Position numbers and translations under genes: made by a program. A stretch of 59,893 nt of DNA from a virus (lineage: Duplodnaviria; Heunggongvirae; Uroviricota; Caudoviricetes). The DNA is taken from positions 64,001 through 123,893 of the IMG/VR virus record IMGVR_UViG_3300011399_000001. One strand, 5' to 3'. Shown here in pieces: positions 35,329 to 45,100 of this stretch. Below the pieces are notes generated by a model. The model searched no databases. It had not been told where the DNA came from and saw only the letters and a program-made list of their open reading frames with translations. Positions within the stretch are counted from its first letter, which is position 1. Every line of letters begins with the position of its first letter.

Positions 35329-36097
35329 ATATTTCAGCTTGTGGATGACTTCCTGGAGTAGGCACTTTTATTTCCCCATTTGGCAGCAATATTCCACTTT
35401 CGTTCACAAAGAATTTATGAGCTTTCATGTGATTTTCCATCCATAATGTAGGGTGAATATCTTTCATTGCTTGTGTACAAAATTGATATAATTCCCACAT
35501 ACTATTTGGACACCCATAATCAAATTCAGGAGAGTACAATTGTCTGCTTATTATATTCAATTGTGTAGTGGTGATAAACTCCTCCTCTATAACAGCTCTT
35601 CCTATAAGTTCAGCTTTTGTTCTCTTAGATACTTCCACTTGTTTCATAGCTTCTTTTTCCTTCACCATTTGTGTAAATACATCTCCTGCTCTTTTAATAT
35701 ATTCTATAATAGCTGTAGGGGTGAATTCTTGTACATCTCCTTGGTGCTTACGTTTAAAAGCCCCCATATCCCCATACACCATCCCGTTTTCACAAACAAA
35801 CACTCTAGCTCCAATAGCGAATTTTAAGCTAATTTGTTTATTGTATGAGTTTTGGAAGGCTATTTGGAGCTCCATATCACTATCTGCTACACTCTTAATG
35901 GTGAATTTTCCATTAGAAATCTGTCCATCCCTAGCAGATGAATATTTCTCTACCCCTAGTTTAAAACCTGCCCCTACAATGGAATTTAAGGTTAGGTCTA
36001 TTAATTGTTCATTTGAAATTGCTTTATAAGTTCGTGTACTCGCTGGTACAGGTGTGTCTATTAAGCTTTGTTTTGTTGTAATATATGTTGTTGTCAT
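35297..36097 (-). CDS. DUF932-like domain protein
   Basis: QNSYNKQISLKFAIGARVFVCENGM...H.G...SMWELYQ.CT. Confidence 0.75.
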   Translation of the reverse strand: MTTTYITTKQSLIDTPVPASTRTYKAISNEQLIDLTLNSIVGAGFKLGVEKYSSARDGQISNGKFTIKSVADSDMELQIAFQNSYNKQISLKFAIGARVFVCENGMVYGDMGAFKRKHQGDVQEFTPTAIIEYIKRAGDVFTQMVKEKEAMKQVEVSKRTKAELIGRAVIEEEFITTTQLNIISRQLYSPEFDYGCPNSMWELYQFCTQAMKDIHPTLWMENHMKAHKFFVNESGILLPNGEIKVPTPGSHPQAEIFENAVGEVQE

Positions 36098-36354
36098 AAT
36101 TTTAATTTTAATATCTCTTCTTGATAATTATCTTCATGAGCTTCTCCGTCTGTTTCTGAAAAGTATTCTATTACTCTATCAGCACTACTTTCTATACCTA
36201 AGTTAAATGCACTAATTAAAGTATTCATGAAAATTTCAGATGATATACTCTTCTTTTCGTTTTTCAATGCTGGATCAGCCATTCTCTCTGAGAAAGACAT
36301 AAATCCTGGATAAAAATGATTAAATATTTTTTCTATTTCATCTTTTTGTGTCAT
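36094..36354 (-). CDS. Hypothetical protein
   Basis: Track ORF. Confidence 0.5.
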   Translation of the reverse strand: MTQKDEIEKIFNHFYPGFMSFSERMADPALKNEKKSISSEIFMNTLISAFNLGIESSADRVIEYFSETDGEAHEDNYQEEILKLKL

Positions 36355-37349
36355 ATAATTCCTTTAATTTTTAAATGTTCTTCTACAGCTCCAAGTCCTT
36401 CTAATTTAGCCCAATCAGCCCAATCTTTTGTCTCTGGTAATAATCTATCTGGAGGATTTACATGTTTGAAACCGAATTTCTCTGTAATAGAATAACTTGC
36501 TTTCTTACCTGGAACATCTGAATCACCACCGTAGTAAACACAAGATGATTTAGTTTTGATTTGTTCTACAAATTCGTCTGAAAAAGCATCTACCCCTTCC
36601 TTTTGCACACTACATATATGAGGGTATATTTTTCTTAATACTATGTAGTCCTTACGACTTTTAGTTACAATTGAACATTTTTCTTTATCGAGATTTTCTA
36701 CACCCCAAGATGTTTGATTTGGTACATTGTTAGGCACCCACTTCTTCTTCTTTTCCCTATTAGGAAAATAACACTTCCAAAATCCGTTATAAAAATACCC
36801 AAATCTTAATTCGTTATCATTAATAGGAAATCTCTGTCTGTTCAGATATAGAGTTTTTATTGAATAAATATTATTATCGAGTAAATCCTGAATATCTATA
36901 TGATAGGCAGCCCAATATGCTAATTCTTCTTTTGTGAATTTTCTTGTTACTATTTGTATAAAAGCAGTTCTCTTATTTACCTCTTGTTTCTTGTTTATAA
37001 CACTTAGAGGAGCAGTTATTGGTTCTGAGCCACTTTGTATCCCTAGTCCCATAGAGCTATCTATAAGTCTTAAAACGGCATCTAAATTAGAGAGATTATG
37101 TAATTGTTTGACAAAATTGAAACAATCTCCTCTATATTCAGGAGCACCCCAATCAATATAGGAAATATACCCCATTTTATTACCAATGACTAGTGAAGGA
37201 TTTTTATCCTCTCTAAATACACTGTTTGTGGCACAATTTAGCTCCCAGTTTTTATTAGGCATAAAATGTGTAAATATTGCTAAATCACTAGTTCTAGCTA
37301 ATACACTATCCATTGTGAGTTCATGTTTCTTTTTCCCTGTAATTGGCAT
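36351..37349 (-). CDS. DnaG-like/TOPRIM DNA primase
   Basis: SVFREDKNPSL...GDCFNFV N-domain; IVTKSRKD and GDSDVPG TOPRIM-like motifs. Confidence 0.75.
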   Translation of the reverse strand: MPITGKKKHELTMDSVLARTSDLAIFTHFMPNKNWELNCATNSVFREDKNPSLVIGNKMGYISYIDWGAPEYRGDCFNFVKQLHNLSNLDAVLRLIDSSMGLGIQSGSEPITAPLSVINKKQEVNKRTAFIQIVTRKFTKEELAYWAAYHIDIQDLLDNNIYSIKTLYLNRQRFPINDNELRFGYFYNGFWKCYFPNREKKKKWVPNNVPNQTSWGVENLDKEKCSIVTKSRKDYIVLRKIYPHICSVQKEGVDAFSDEFVEQIKTKSSCVYYGGDSDVPGKKASYSITEKFGFKHVNPPDRLLPETKDWADWAKLEGLGAVEEHLKIKGII

Positions 37350-37350
37350 A

Positions 37351-37584
37351 TCAAATTGTGTCTAGTATTTTCAATATTTGTGTCCATACCTCTTTAGTCT
37401 TATAGGAGGTTTCTATTACATTTTCTCCTTTGAGGTAAATGTCTATTCGATAAAGAAATTCGTCATCCTTAAAAGCATAATGTCCCAAATAGTCAATTTG
37501 GTTGAAGGACAGGAATAACATGTTGTCTATATACACCTTATATCTGCCATTTTTGGTTATTATTCTATATTTATGCTTTTTCAT
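37351..37584 (-). CDS. Hypothetical protein
   Basis: Track ORF. Confidence 0.55.
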   Translation of the reverse strand: MKKHKYRIITKNGRYKVYIDNMLFLSFNQIDYLGHYAFKDDEFLYRIDIYLKGENVIETSYKTKEVWTQILKILDTI

Positions 37585-37588
37585 AAAT

Positions 37589-37617
37589 AAAAAAGGGCTA
37601 GAGAAATTCCCTAGCCC
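37589..37617 (-). terminator. Intrinsic terminator
   Basis: Minus strand GGGCTAG-ggaatttct-CTAGCCC, then TTTTTTATT. Confidence 0.85.
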
Positions 37618-37637
37618 AAAGTTAATAAATTTATTTG

Positions 37638-38510
37638 TTAATAGCTATCATCTGCCTCTAATATTGGCTTATTTGAAGCCACAACATTATCAGCAGGATC
37701 ATAGTCTTTAAGGTCTTTAAGAATGTAGAAATCTTTGCACCCGTAATCCGAAATAACATTTAATACAAACCTCTCATGGGGCTTTAAATCGCTTGATTTA
37801 ATGGCTTTTAGCTTTGCTTGTATCTCTGGTTTAGAATAATCTGTAGTTCTGAAATATTTCAGGCTATATTCAGGCAAAAATGCCTTATTGAATACTCCTT
37901 GGTATTCTTTAGCATCTGTCTCTTCCCCTACAGTTTTCACTGTTGCTAAAGAAACAAATGATGTACAATATTCTCCACCAATTTGAGCTTTAATTTCAGA
38001 AACATTCCCTTTCATAAGCTTTTTCCAGTCAATTTGGAAAACTGTTTCAGCATCTTTAAAATCTAAAGTTCCTAACCAAGTTCTCATAAAGCCATAAAGC
38101 TCTTCTTCCCCTACATATGCCTCTCTATAATCACGCTCCTTAAACCATTTAGGGAGGTTATTAGGGTCATCTGCCCAAGAACATACACCAATGTTATTGA
38201 TATATTGCTTCTTTGTCCCCTCCTTATTAGCCTTTATTTTGTTCTCAAGGAAGAATGTTATAGGGTAGAATTGCTTGTTTTTAGCCTCCTCCACCCATAC
38301 GTTTACCCTCAAGGTTGTATTCTGATCTTTGCTTTCTCCAAGGTATTCAGTAGCTTTACTTCCTTCCTGAAGAGTAATTCCAAGGACCTCCTTGTACTCC
38401 TCTTCATTAGGGTTTACAGCTACTACTTTTCCTAACATCAATCCTATTTTTTTTCCGAAATCCTTAACATCTCTTTTTTTACCACCAATACCTGTTTTTG
38501 TTTCACTCAT
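37638..38510 (-). CDS. Putative single-stranded DNA-binding protein
   Basis: KVVAVNP N-terminus, acidic C-terminus (EADDSY), position between ATPase and primase; function inferred. Confidence 0.5.
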   Translation of the reverse strand: MSETKTGIGGKKRDVKDFGKKIGLMLGKVVAVNPNEEEYKEVLGITLQEGSKATEYLGESKDQNTTLRVNVWVEEAKNKQFYPITFFLENKIKANKEGTKKQYINNIGVCSWADDPNNLPKWFKERDYREAYVGEEELYGFMRTWLGTLDFKDAETVFQIDWKKLMKGNVSEIKAQIGGEYCTSFVSLATVKTVGEETDAKEYQGVFNKAFLPEYSLKYFRTTDYSKPEIQAKLKAIKSSDLKPHERFVLNVISDYGCKDFYILKDLKDYDPADNVVASNKPILEADDSY

Positions 38511-38527
38511 ATTATTTATTGTTTAAA

Positions 38528-38824
38528 TTACTCGTATACTGTTATTGTTTTTTCTTTAGGTGTTACTTCTTTAACAGATTCCCAACCTTCAAAATCTGTT
38601 CCATGATGAGATTGATAATATCCCTGTATTTGTAAATATACATTATGGTCTGTAAAATGAAACACTCTTCGCCAATCAGAACCTCTATCTTCACCTCCTG
38701 ATGAAAAAACTTGTTTATTAGGGCCAGCCACTTCTATAATAGGTCCATAAGCAAAATCACCAATATCATCACCATATAATTCTTTTGCTTTCTCTATAAT
38801 TTCTTTTCCTGTTAGTTTATTCAT
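38528..38824 (-). CDS. Small protein, tandem family member 1
   Basis: GYYQSHHGT...KEVTPKEKTITVYE. Confidence 0.65.
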   Translation of the reverse strand: MNKLTGKEIIEKAKELYGDDIGDFAYGPIIEVAGPNKQVFSSGGEDRGSDWRRVFHFTDHNVYLQIQGYYQSHHGTDFEGWESVKEVTPKEKTITVYE

Positions 38825-39137
38825 ATGTATTTACTGTTTTATATGTTGGTTTTACTTCTTTCATATCACTCCATGAAGTTCCTGAATAAGATTGATTTCT
38901 CCCCTCAAAACATATATAAATATCAAAAGTAGGGAAATAGAATATTCTTTTTAGTTTTTCGTCTGTATAATTATAACTATCAGATATATCTTCGTCCAAA
39001 TTTTCTTTTAATTCAGCATTTATAAAGGGGTTAGTTGACTCATCGCCAAATTTGTCTATAAATTCCTCAATATTCCCAAAAATATTAAGGAATTGGTCTT
39101 TAAATACTTCAAATGTTATCATATTAAATTGGTTCAA
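38817..39137 (-). CDS. Small protein, tandem family member 2
   Basis: GRNQSYSGT...KEVKPTYKTVNTYE; alternative start at 39122. Confidence 0.65.
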   Translation of the reverse strand: MNQFNMITFEVFKDQFLNIFGNIEEFIDKFGDESTNPFINAELKENLDEDISDSYNYTDEKLKRIFYFPTFDIYICFEGRNQSYSGTSWSDMKEVKPTYKTVNTYE

Positions 39138-39423
39138 ATACTGTAATTACCTTTTCTTTTCCTTTTACAAATTCAATAGTCTGAATGCTTTCATTGCTCC
39201 CATAACTATCAGTATGCCACGTTTCCTTCATAAATACCCCTTATGGTAATCCAGGATGTTTATAAAATCTAAAAGTTTCATTATATTCTCCTTGATTTCC
39301 CTCATAATCTTCAGGCACACCAAAATGTCCTGTTATTTCATTTTGAAAATATTTATTCTTGTTTAGAAATAAATCTTGAAGGTCTTTTAATAATATTGTT
39401 TCCTTGTTCATTAATTTTCTCAT
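39124..39423 (-). pseudogene. Small protein, tandem family member 3, with in-frame TAA at 39241-43
   Basis: HPGLP*GVFMKETWHTDSYGSNESIQTIEFVKGKEKVITVFEPI continues in frame past the stop. Confidence 0.7.
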
Positions 39424-40138
39424 TTAAATGTTTAATAAAATTGTATTCTGCTCTACAGAGCTTTTTGTAATTCTCTAATATCCAAATAGCTTCCCAAATA
39501 GGGGCATGTGAAAGTATGAATTTCTTAAGCATTCTTCCATAAGCATGTCTGTAGTCTATATTAGGCCATCTTTCAAAAGCCATTACATAAACTTCTTCTC
39601 TTACAAGGGCTTCTTTCTCTTCTTCTGTTAGGAGGTTAAATTTCTCTTCTCCCACTTCCACCTCACCAATCAACACTTTCTCATATGTAGGGAAAGGGTT
39701 AATTAATGTATGAAGCCAATCATGTGAATATTCACATTTTAAAGCGTTATCAAAGAAATCAGCAGATGACATTTTAAGGTCACTGCGCTTGTTTTCTCCA
39801 TGTAATACATTAAAAAACTTGTATAGTTCATCAAAAAGAGGTCTTATTAATACACAACCTTTTTCTCTAAGCCATGTAGCATCCCATTCATGTTTCTCCC
39901 AATTTACATCCCAAAATAAATGGGACATTTTCATTGTATAAAGATTGTTTGGTATACAAATGGGAAAGCCATAATTATATTTAAACAATATAGGGTTCCA
40001 AAGATATTCTATTTTTCCTTCATCTTTTTTAAGCTCAAAACCCTTTTTATTGTCCTCAAATACATAATCTGTATCTTTTGGTTCTCTGGGAAAATCAGGA
40101 AACCAATGTTTTGTTGCTTTGCTTCCTGTTAATATCAT
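39353..40138 (-). CDS. Putative Pol-beta-like nucleotidyltransferase
   Basis: LTGS.A...EPKDTDY matches hGS-x(n)-DxD. Confidence 0.55.
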   Translation of the reverse strand: MILTGSKATKHWFPDFPREPKDTDYVFEDNKKGFELKKDEGKIEYLWNPILFKYNYGFPICIPNNLYTMKMSHLFWDVNWEKHEWDATWLREKGCVLIRPLFDELYKFFNVLHGENKRSDLKMSSADFFDNALKCEYSHDWLHTLINPFPTYEKVLIGEVEVGEEKFNLLTEEEKEALVREEVYVMAFERWPNIDYRHAYGRMLKKFILSHAPIWEAIWILENYKKLCRAEYNFIKHLNEKINEQGNNIIKRPSRFISKQE

Positions 40139-40139
40139 A

Positions 40140-40805
40140 TTATTTATAGTATTCGTTTACTGTATCTATTACTTTTTTGAGGTTATTTTCCATTTTTAAT
40201 TCAGGAAACATACCTAAAGGGCTTTTTGCAGGGTATTTCTTATATTTATTAGTAATAAAGAAGAAGTCTGTCTTATCCCCTTTAGTTTCCGTAATGGCAT
40301 ATAGAACAACTGTGAAAAGTCCTTCTAGTTTGATTTGGTTATCAATCATTTTACCAGCAGTTTTCATTTTATAAGAGACAATATCTCCACTATCCTCCAC
40401 TTCCTCCTGATGTGAGAAATATATGATATTAAGATCATCTCTTAGCTTTTTAGCCCCCTGGACTAAATTTACCATATCTCTAGCCATTACCGAAAATTTG
40501 GTATATCCAACTTCTGTAGCCTTATTTACCAAATTGAACCCCATTACATAATTTCCGTCCTCAATAATCACCTGTTTTATATGGGGAGCAGTTTCTGATA
40601 AAGTTTTTAAAAGGGAGGTAATTTCTGTTGCTTCAGAAACCTCCTTATAATTCTTGTTTTCCCTGTTATAAAGCTTCTGACTTCCCTTAAAAGGGAGCTC
40701 CTTTCCAGCCACATTTATAATGTATGTCTCTTTGGGGTCTAAAAACTGAATACTATGGGATTTCCCATTTCCTGTGTCTCCTACAATTGCTGTTAATTTA
40801 CTCAT
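40140..40805 (-). CDS. AAA ATPase (Sak4-like recombination ATPase)
   Basis: IVGDTGNGKS, VIIEDGNY, FSHQEE, KLEGLFTVVL, AKSPLGMF. Confidence 0.8.
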   Translation of the reverse strand: MSKLTAIVGDTGNGKSHSIQFLDPKETYIINVAGKELPFKGSQKLYNRENKNYKEVSEATEITSLLKTLSETAPHIKQVIIEDGNYVMGFNLVNKATEVGYTKFSVMARDMVNLVQGAKKLRDDLNIIYFSHQEEVEDSGDIVSYKMKTAGKMIDNQIKLEGLFTVVLYAITETKGDKTDFFFITNKYKKYPAKSPLGMFPELKMENNLKKVIDTVNEYYK

Positions 40806-40826
40806 ATTTTTTTGTTTATTTTTCTA

Positions 40827-40857
40827 CAAATATACGAAATTTATTGAATAATTGCAA
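40827..40857 (-). promoter_or_regulatory. Bacteroidota-type promoter
   Basis: Minus strand TTG, 20 nt, TATATTTG, preceded by TTTCG. Confidence 0.75.
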
Positions 40858-40864
40858 CATTTTC

Positions 40865-41140
40865 CTACTTTTTGAACCATTTAAGCTTTTCTAATATATT
40901 CATTGATAACCAATGCATTCCTATACTTCCTATAACAGCAGCTATTGTATATGTTATTCCTAGGTATAATGTATCAAGGTTATCTTGTATCACTTGACGA
41001 ACAACAATGAACCATATTCCATTCGATAATACACTTGCAAATCCATGAAATAATATAGAATTTGAATTTCTAGCTCTACTTACTAAAGTAAAGCTTGCAT
41101 TTTGCAAAATTGTTGCAAAAAACAATAATATATAACCCAT
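40865..41140 (-). CDS. Small membrane protein
   Basis: Three hydrophobic helices; QNASFTLVSRARNS. Confidence 0.6.
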   Translation of the reverse strand: MGYILLFFATILQNASFTLVSRARNSNSILFHGFASVLSNGIWFIVVRQVIQDNLDTLYLGITYTIAAVIGSIGMHWLSMNILEKLKWFKK

Positions 41141-41142
41141 AA

Positions 41143-41478
41143 TTATACTCCTATAGTTGTTTTACGAATATATTTGGCTATATCTTTGAAAGAAAATTTT
41201 GAGTCATTCATATTTGCCAATTTTAAAGCATAGCTTCTTGGTCCTCTTCCTAATAAACATTTAGGAAACTTTTCTCTATTTTCTTCGTCCAAATAATAAG
41301 GATAATTGTTTGTTAAAAGTACATAATCTTCTACTTTTAAGACCTTTCCTGCCACTCCTAAACAGCAATAACCTCCTTTTGATGTTTTTAATTTATTTTG
41401 TCCTTGAGGTATTTTACCTCCTTCTAGTGCTTCTAACCAATTTCTTCTGAATTGCTTTGGTAATTTAAATTTTCTCAT
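41143..41478 (-). CDS. Hypothetical protein
   Basis: W.EAL...Q.Q..L...GYCCLGV...L...ND...F..IA motif seen in phage accessory proteins. Confidence 0.6.
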   Translation of the reverse strand: MRKFKLPKQFRRNWLEALEGGKIPQGQNKLKTSKGGYCCLGVAGKVLKVEDYVLLTNNYPYYLDEENREKFPKCLLGRGPRSYALKLANMNDSKFSFKDIAKYIRKTTIGV

Positions 41479-41496
41479 ATATATTTTATTTTGGTT

Positions 41497-41718
41497 TTAT
41501 TTATATCCAGAGGATTTTACCTCTTTAAAACTAGGGATACTTACTCTTACTTTCTCTATTTTACTCATTTTAACAAGTATTTCATTTTCAAATGCATAAG
41601 GTAATATGTCCTTTAATTGTTTGATTATTTTATCTTCTGTTAGTTCAAATCCATCTTCTATCCAGTTATCTGTAATTAATATAGTAGTAGTGAATTTGAA
41701 CTTATTTACTCTTGTCAT
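41497..41718 (-). CDS. Hypothetical protein
   Basis: Track ORF. Confidence 0.55.
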   Translation of the reverse strand: MTRVNKFKFTTTILITDNWIEDGFELTEDKIIKQLKDILPYAFENEILVKMSKIEKVRVSIPSFKEVKSSGYK

Positions 41719-42794
41719 ACATATTTGATTTTTTTAGGGTCTAACATTGATAGGGATTCTTTTATTTTCTTCATTTCTGGTTTCTCCCTTAGACATAGAA
41801 TATGTAAATCGGCTATTTTTCCTTTATAATCAAGTTTTATAGCTCTATTCAAGATTTGTGAGCTCTCTTCAGCATTATATGTAAAATTCACTAATATTAC
41901 ACTATCAAGATTGGGGTATGTTACTCCTACTTTTCCCATAGCTGCTAAAGAGAGTTGATTGATTTTCTCTGCCTGAAAGTTTAAGAAATTGATATTAGAG
42001 GTAGATTTTGAATGATAGGAGGGGATTCCTATATCATCTGCTACCTTGGCTAGTCCTGTAAATACCACCATCCTCTTATCAGATAGTTTTGTTAATAGCT
42101 GTCTAAGGTAATTCATTTTTTCTATAGAAGACAAGGATAGACGATTCCTAGCTAATGCTAAAAACATTGTAGACTCTCCTTGTTCTCTTTTCCTGTCTAT
42201 AACAAATGACAAATTGTCATATTTCTGCTTTTCTGTCAGAAGTTTTCCCTTCTTATTAGGAGTTTTTATAACATTATCTAAACTAATAAGATGAACAGTG
42301 ATTTTGTAATCAGCGAGAATGCCATCCTGAATTCCTTCATCTGTTGAATATGAGGCTATTTCTTTAAGTCCCCATTCTTCTTTTGTCTCTTTACTAACAG
42401 TACCAGATAATGCCAGAGTCTTTGTATCTGGAGAATTTGTCATTATTTGATGACAAAGGTCTCTTTCATTATCTGAAGCAGCATGAAATTCATCAATAAT
42501 AATAAATTCTGGAGCACAATCCTTCCATTTATGTAAAGAAGAAAAATTACAATAAAATATTATAGACTGTGTAACTCCCCACTTTACCTCTTCTTCTATC
42601 CATACATCCTTTATTTTATTATCAGGATAGGCTAATAATACTACAGGTGGAGGTTCTGGTAACTTTTTCAATATTTCTATTGCTATACGACATTTCCCCA
42701 CCCTCATAGCCACATTAAAATAGCCTTGTTTCTCTGTTTTAAAGAAATCAAGGCCCTTTTGTATTAATTCCTCTTGTATTTGGTTTTGTGTCAT
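41715..42794 (-). CDS. Superfamily 2 (DExH) helicase-like protein
   Basis: AMRVGKC, IIIDEFH, LALSGT, GVTYPNLD, QILNRA. Confidence 0.75.
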   Translation of the reverse strand: MTQNQIQEELIQKGLDFFKTEKQGYFNVAMRVGKCRIAIEILKKLPEPPPVVLLAYPDNKIKDVWIEEEVKWGVTQSIIFYCNFSSLHKWKDCAPEFIIIDEFHAASDNERDLCHQIMTNSPDTKTLALSGTVSKETKEEWGLKEIASYSTDEGIQDGILADYKITVHLISLDNVIKTPNKKGKLLTEKQKYDNLSFVIDRKREQGESTMFLALARNRLSLSSIEKMNYLRQLLTKLSDKRMVVFTGLAKVADDIGIPSYHSKSTSNINFLNFQAEKINQLSLAAMGKVGVTYPNLDSVILVNFTYNAEESSQILNRAIKLDYKGKIADLHILCLREKPEMKKIKESLSMLDPKKIKYV

Positions 42795-42916
42795 TTTATT
42801 AAATCTAATAATTTTTCACCTATAAATTTGCCGAGTTCATAAAATGCAGCAAAAATTAATGCTAATATAATCATTTGATAAATGTTTCCTTCTATATTAA
42901 TTTTATACTTTCTCAT
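42791..42916 (-). CDS. Small single-TM protein (41 aa)
   Basis: Read manually: MRKYKINIEGNIYQMIILALIFAAFYELGKFIGEKLLDLIK. Confidence 0.45.
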   Translation of the reverse strand: MRKYKINIEGNIYQMIILALIFAAFYELGKFIGEKLLDLIK

Positions 42917-43131
42917 TTTATATTACTTAAAGAATATGCATTTAAAATAGAAGACTTTTTTACATCATATCCATCTTCTTTCCATTTAGGATATTCTACT
43001 TCAGCTTTCTCACTAGCAGCTTTTAAAGCAGCTTCTACATGAAATTGAGCAAATTCTATCATTGCTCCTTTTATATCTCCTGTCCAAGGTTCATTTTCTT
43101 CATCGCCTTTTAAAAATTCTTCTGCTGTCAT
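42913..43131 (-). CDS. Hypothetical protein
   Basis: MIEFAQFHVEAALKAASEKA motif. Confidence 0.6.
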   Translation of the reverse strand: MTAEEFLKGDEENEPWTGDIKGAMIEFAQFHVEAALKAASEKAEVEYPKWKEDGYDVKKSSILNAYSLSNIK

Positions 43132-43133
43132 TT

Positions 43134-43421
43134 TTAGTAATATTTAATAATATTTCCTGTCCTCAGGTCCTCAACTTTAAACACTTCAAATTTAATGTCA
43201 TAAGCAGACATTATATTGTTATATACTTGTTGTGCTTCTGGCCACATTTTGAAGAAATTAGCAAATTCCTCAAAATTTAACATAAATTTATGTTTTTGCT
43301 TCTCCCACATTTCTACATAATATTCATATATAGGCTCTAGGGAGTTTCTGTTTCTTTGTTGAATATATTCCTCTCTTGTCATATTTTTCTCATTTGATAA
43401 ACTATTTGTAATTGCGCCCAC
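43134..43421 (-). CDS. Hypothetical protein
   Basis: Track ORF; likely true start is MTREEY. Confidence 0.55.
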   Translation of the reverse strand: MGAITNSLSNEKNMTREEYIQQRNRNSLEPIYEYYVEMWEKQKHKFMLNFEEFANFFKMWPEAQQVYNNIMSAYDIKFEVFKVEDLRTGNIIKYY

Positions 43422-43768
43422 CTAATATAAATGTGGAAAATGTAAGTGTCTATTCTCTCCACCTCAATTGTACACCTCTCCCCAAATAAATCAATACAAT
43501 CAAATGTCATTATATTTGTTGTACTATCTATTCTCACTTCACTAATAGGTATATATTGCTGTTCTGGTTCTGTGTAAATATTGATTTTCTCTTCAGAAAG
43601 GTTGAAAACAATAATGATGTTACAAGACTCCCATTTTCCCCATTCTGTATATTGGTTATTAACATGAGAATATAGCCTTGTAGCTACAGCTTCTGCCTTA
43701 AAGGTGATTACTTGGGCATTGCAAAGAATGTTTATAAATAGAAAAATTGATAAGAATAGAGTTTTCAT
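43379..43768 (-). CDS. Exported beta-rich protein
   Basis: Signal peptide MKTLFLSIFLFINILCNA followed by Q, as common in Bacteroidota exported proteins. Confidence 0.6.
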   Translation of the reverse strand: MKTLFLSIFLFINILCNAQVITFKAEAVATRLYSHVNNQYTEWGKWESCNIIIVFNLSEEKINIYTEPEQQYIPISEVRIDSTTNIMTFDCIDLFGERCTIEVERIDTYIFHIYIRWAQLQIVYQMRKI

Positions 43769-43790
43769 AATATTTAGGGTAAATTTTCCC

Positions 43791-43822
43791 CAAAGTTACG
43801 AAATATTTCATCAAATTTCAAA
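43791..43822 (-). promoter_or_regulatory. Bacteroidota-type promoter
   Basis: Minus strand TTTG, 20 nt, TAACTTTG. Confidence 0.75.
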
Positions 43823-44485
43823 TACTATCCCATTAGAAACAAGTCCTTTGTCAAATCTTCCATCTTCTACAGCAGAAACATTCATAAATCTTGTAGGGTG
43901 ATTAATATATTGAAATTCCCCTTGATTTCTACAAGATTTGAAATTATGAATATGTCCAAATATGTGGAGTTTAGGCTTCTTTTCCATAACTCTCTTATAT
44001 AATGAAAGGTCTCCTACTTGTTCTAGTTGATAATCTCTTCCTTCAGTAAGGTCTAATATTCCAAATGGAGGCCCATGAGTAATTAGAATATCAATATCAT
44101 TATCTAAATGTCTCCAATATTCATCTAATTTACCCCTATCTTTCATGAAATACCAAGTTCCAAATGTTGGGGTTAATGGACTACCATATACTTTAATTCT
44201 CTCTAAATCGTAATATTCATTTTCCAGATATATAATTCCTGCTTCTTTTATTTTATCTCTACAATAAGCTTTTGTTGCCCAAGCATCATGATTTCCAGGG
44301 ATGATAATTTTATATTTTATATTTAAATTAATCAACCAATCTTCAAAATCATAGAATTCTTCTGTGTTTCTCTTTAAATCATACCAATTTGTACTATCTC
44401 CTCCATGTATGATACAATCTATATTGTCAGGAACAATAGCTTGTCTATGCATTCCATGTGTGTCACTTATTGCCCATATTTTCAT
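43811..44485 (-). CDS. Calcineurin-like metallophosphoesterase
   Basis: ISDTHG, HGGDS, PGNHD, THGPP, FGHIH. Confidence 0.92.
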   Translation of the reverse strand: MKIWAISDTHGMHRQAIVPDNIDCIIHGGDSTNWYDLKRNTEEFYDFEDWLINLNIKYKIIIPGNHDAWATKAYCRDKIKEAGIIYLENEYYDLERIKVYGSPLTPTFGTWYFMKDRGKLDEYWRHLDNDIDILITHGPPFGILDLTEGRDYQLEQVGDLSLYKRVMEKKPKLHIFGHIHNFKSCRNQGEFQYINHPTRFMNVSAVEDGRFDKGLVSNGIVFEI

Positions 44486-45099
44486 AATTCTTCAAATAAA
44501 GTATAATCCCATCTCTTATAGCCTGCTAAAACACTCTTATCCCTCAATTCTATCAATTTCTTGAATGTTTGAGGGTTTTTAACCACTTGACAACCTGCCG
44601 AATAAGGTCCTACAAGCTCAACAATTTTCCATGCTGAGGCCCTATGGAGCTTTGTATTATTCACTCCCCAGAATATAGAGGTTTTGGCTTTTTTAGGGTC
44701 CCTGTATAGAGAAAAATCTAATAAAGTGTCCTTGTTATTATCTCTAACATAAGCCATATTTCCTAGTTGTCTAAAGCATTCATAACTGTTGTTATGCTTT
44801 CCCACACCAAACACCTCTTTATACTGCCCAGGAACCATTATAATCGTTCCCTCTGACTTCATAGGGGTAAGGAGCCAGTGCTTTCCAGGGTCTGTTGTAA
44901 GCCAAAAGAATTGAATCTGAGGCATATTATTCTCATCTGTCCATGCACACCAACCAAGATCATCAAATGTATCTGATTGGCTATTTTTGCTCCTCATAGC
45001 TCCTAAATTTAGGGCCATTTTACCCTCTCTAAATTGATAGTTTTTTGAGGTATAAAGCTTCTTTACATCCTCATAGTTTTTTATTTCTGTTAATTTCAT
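44482..45099 (-). CDS. L,D-transpeptidase (YkuD)-fold peptidoglycan enzyme, putative endolysin
   Basis: TTDPG...LHRAS...YSAGCQV matches Hx(n)SxGC; likely start 45099 (MKLTEIK). Confidence 0.6.
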   Translation of the reverse strand: MKLTEIKNYEDVKKLYTSKNYQFREGKMALNLGAMRSKNSQSDTFDDLGWCAWTDENNMPQIQFFWLTTDPGKHWLLTPMKSEGTIIMVPGQYKEVFGVGKHNNSYECFRQLGNMAYVRDNNKDTLLDFSLYRDPKKAKTSIFWGVNNTKLHRASAWKIVELVGPYSAGCQVVKNPQTFKKLIELRDKSVLAGYKRWDYTLFEEL

Positions 45100-45100
45100 A

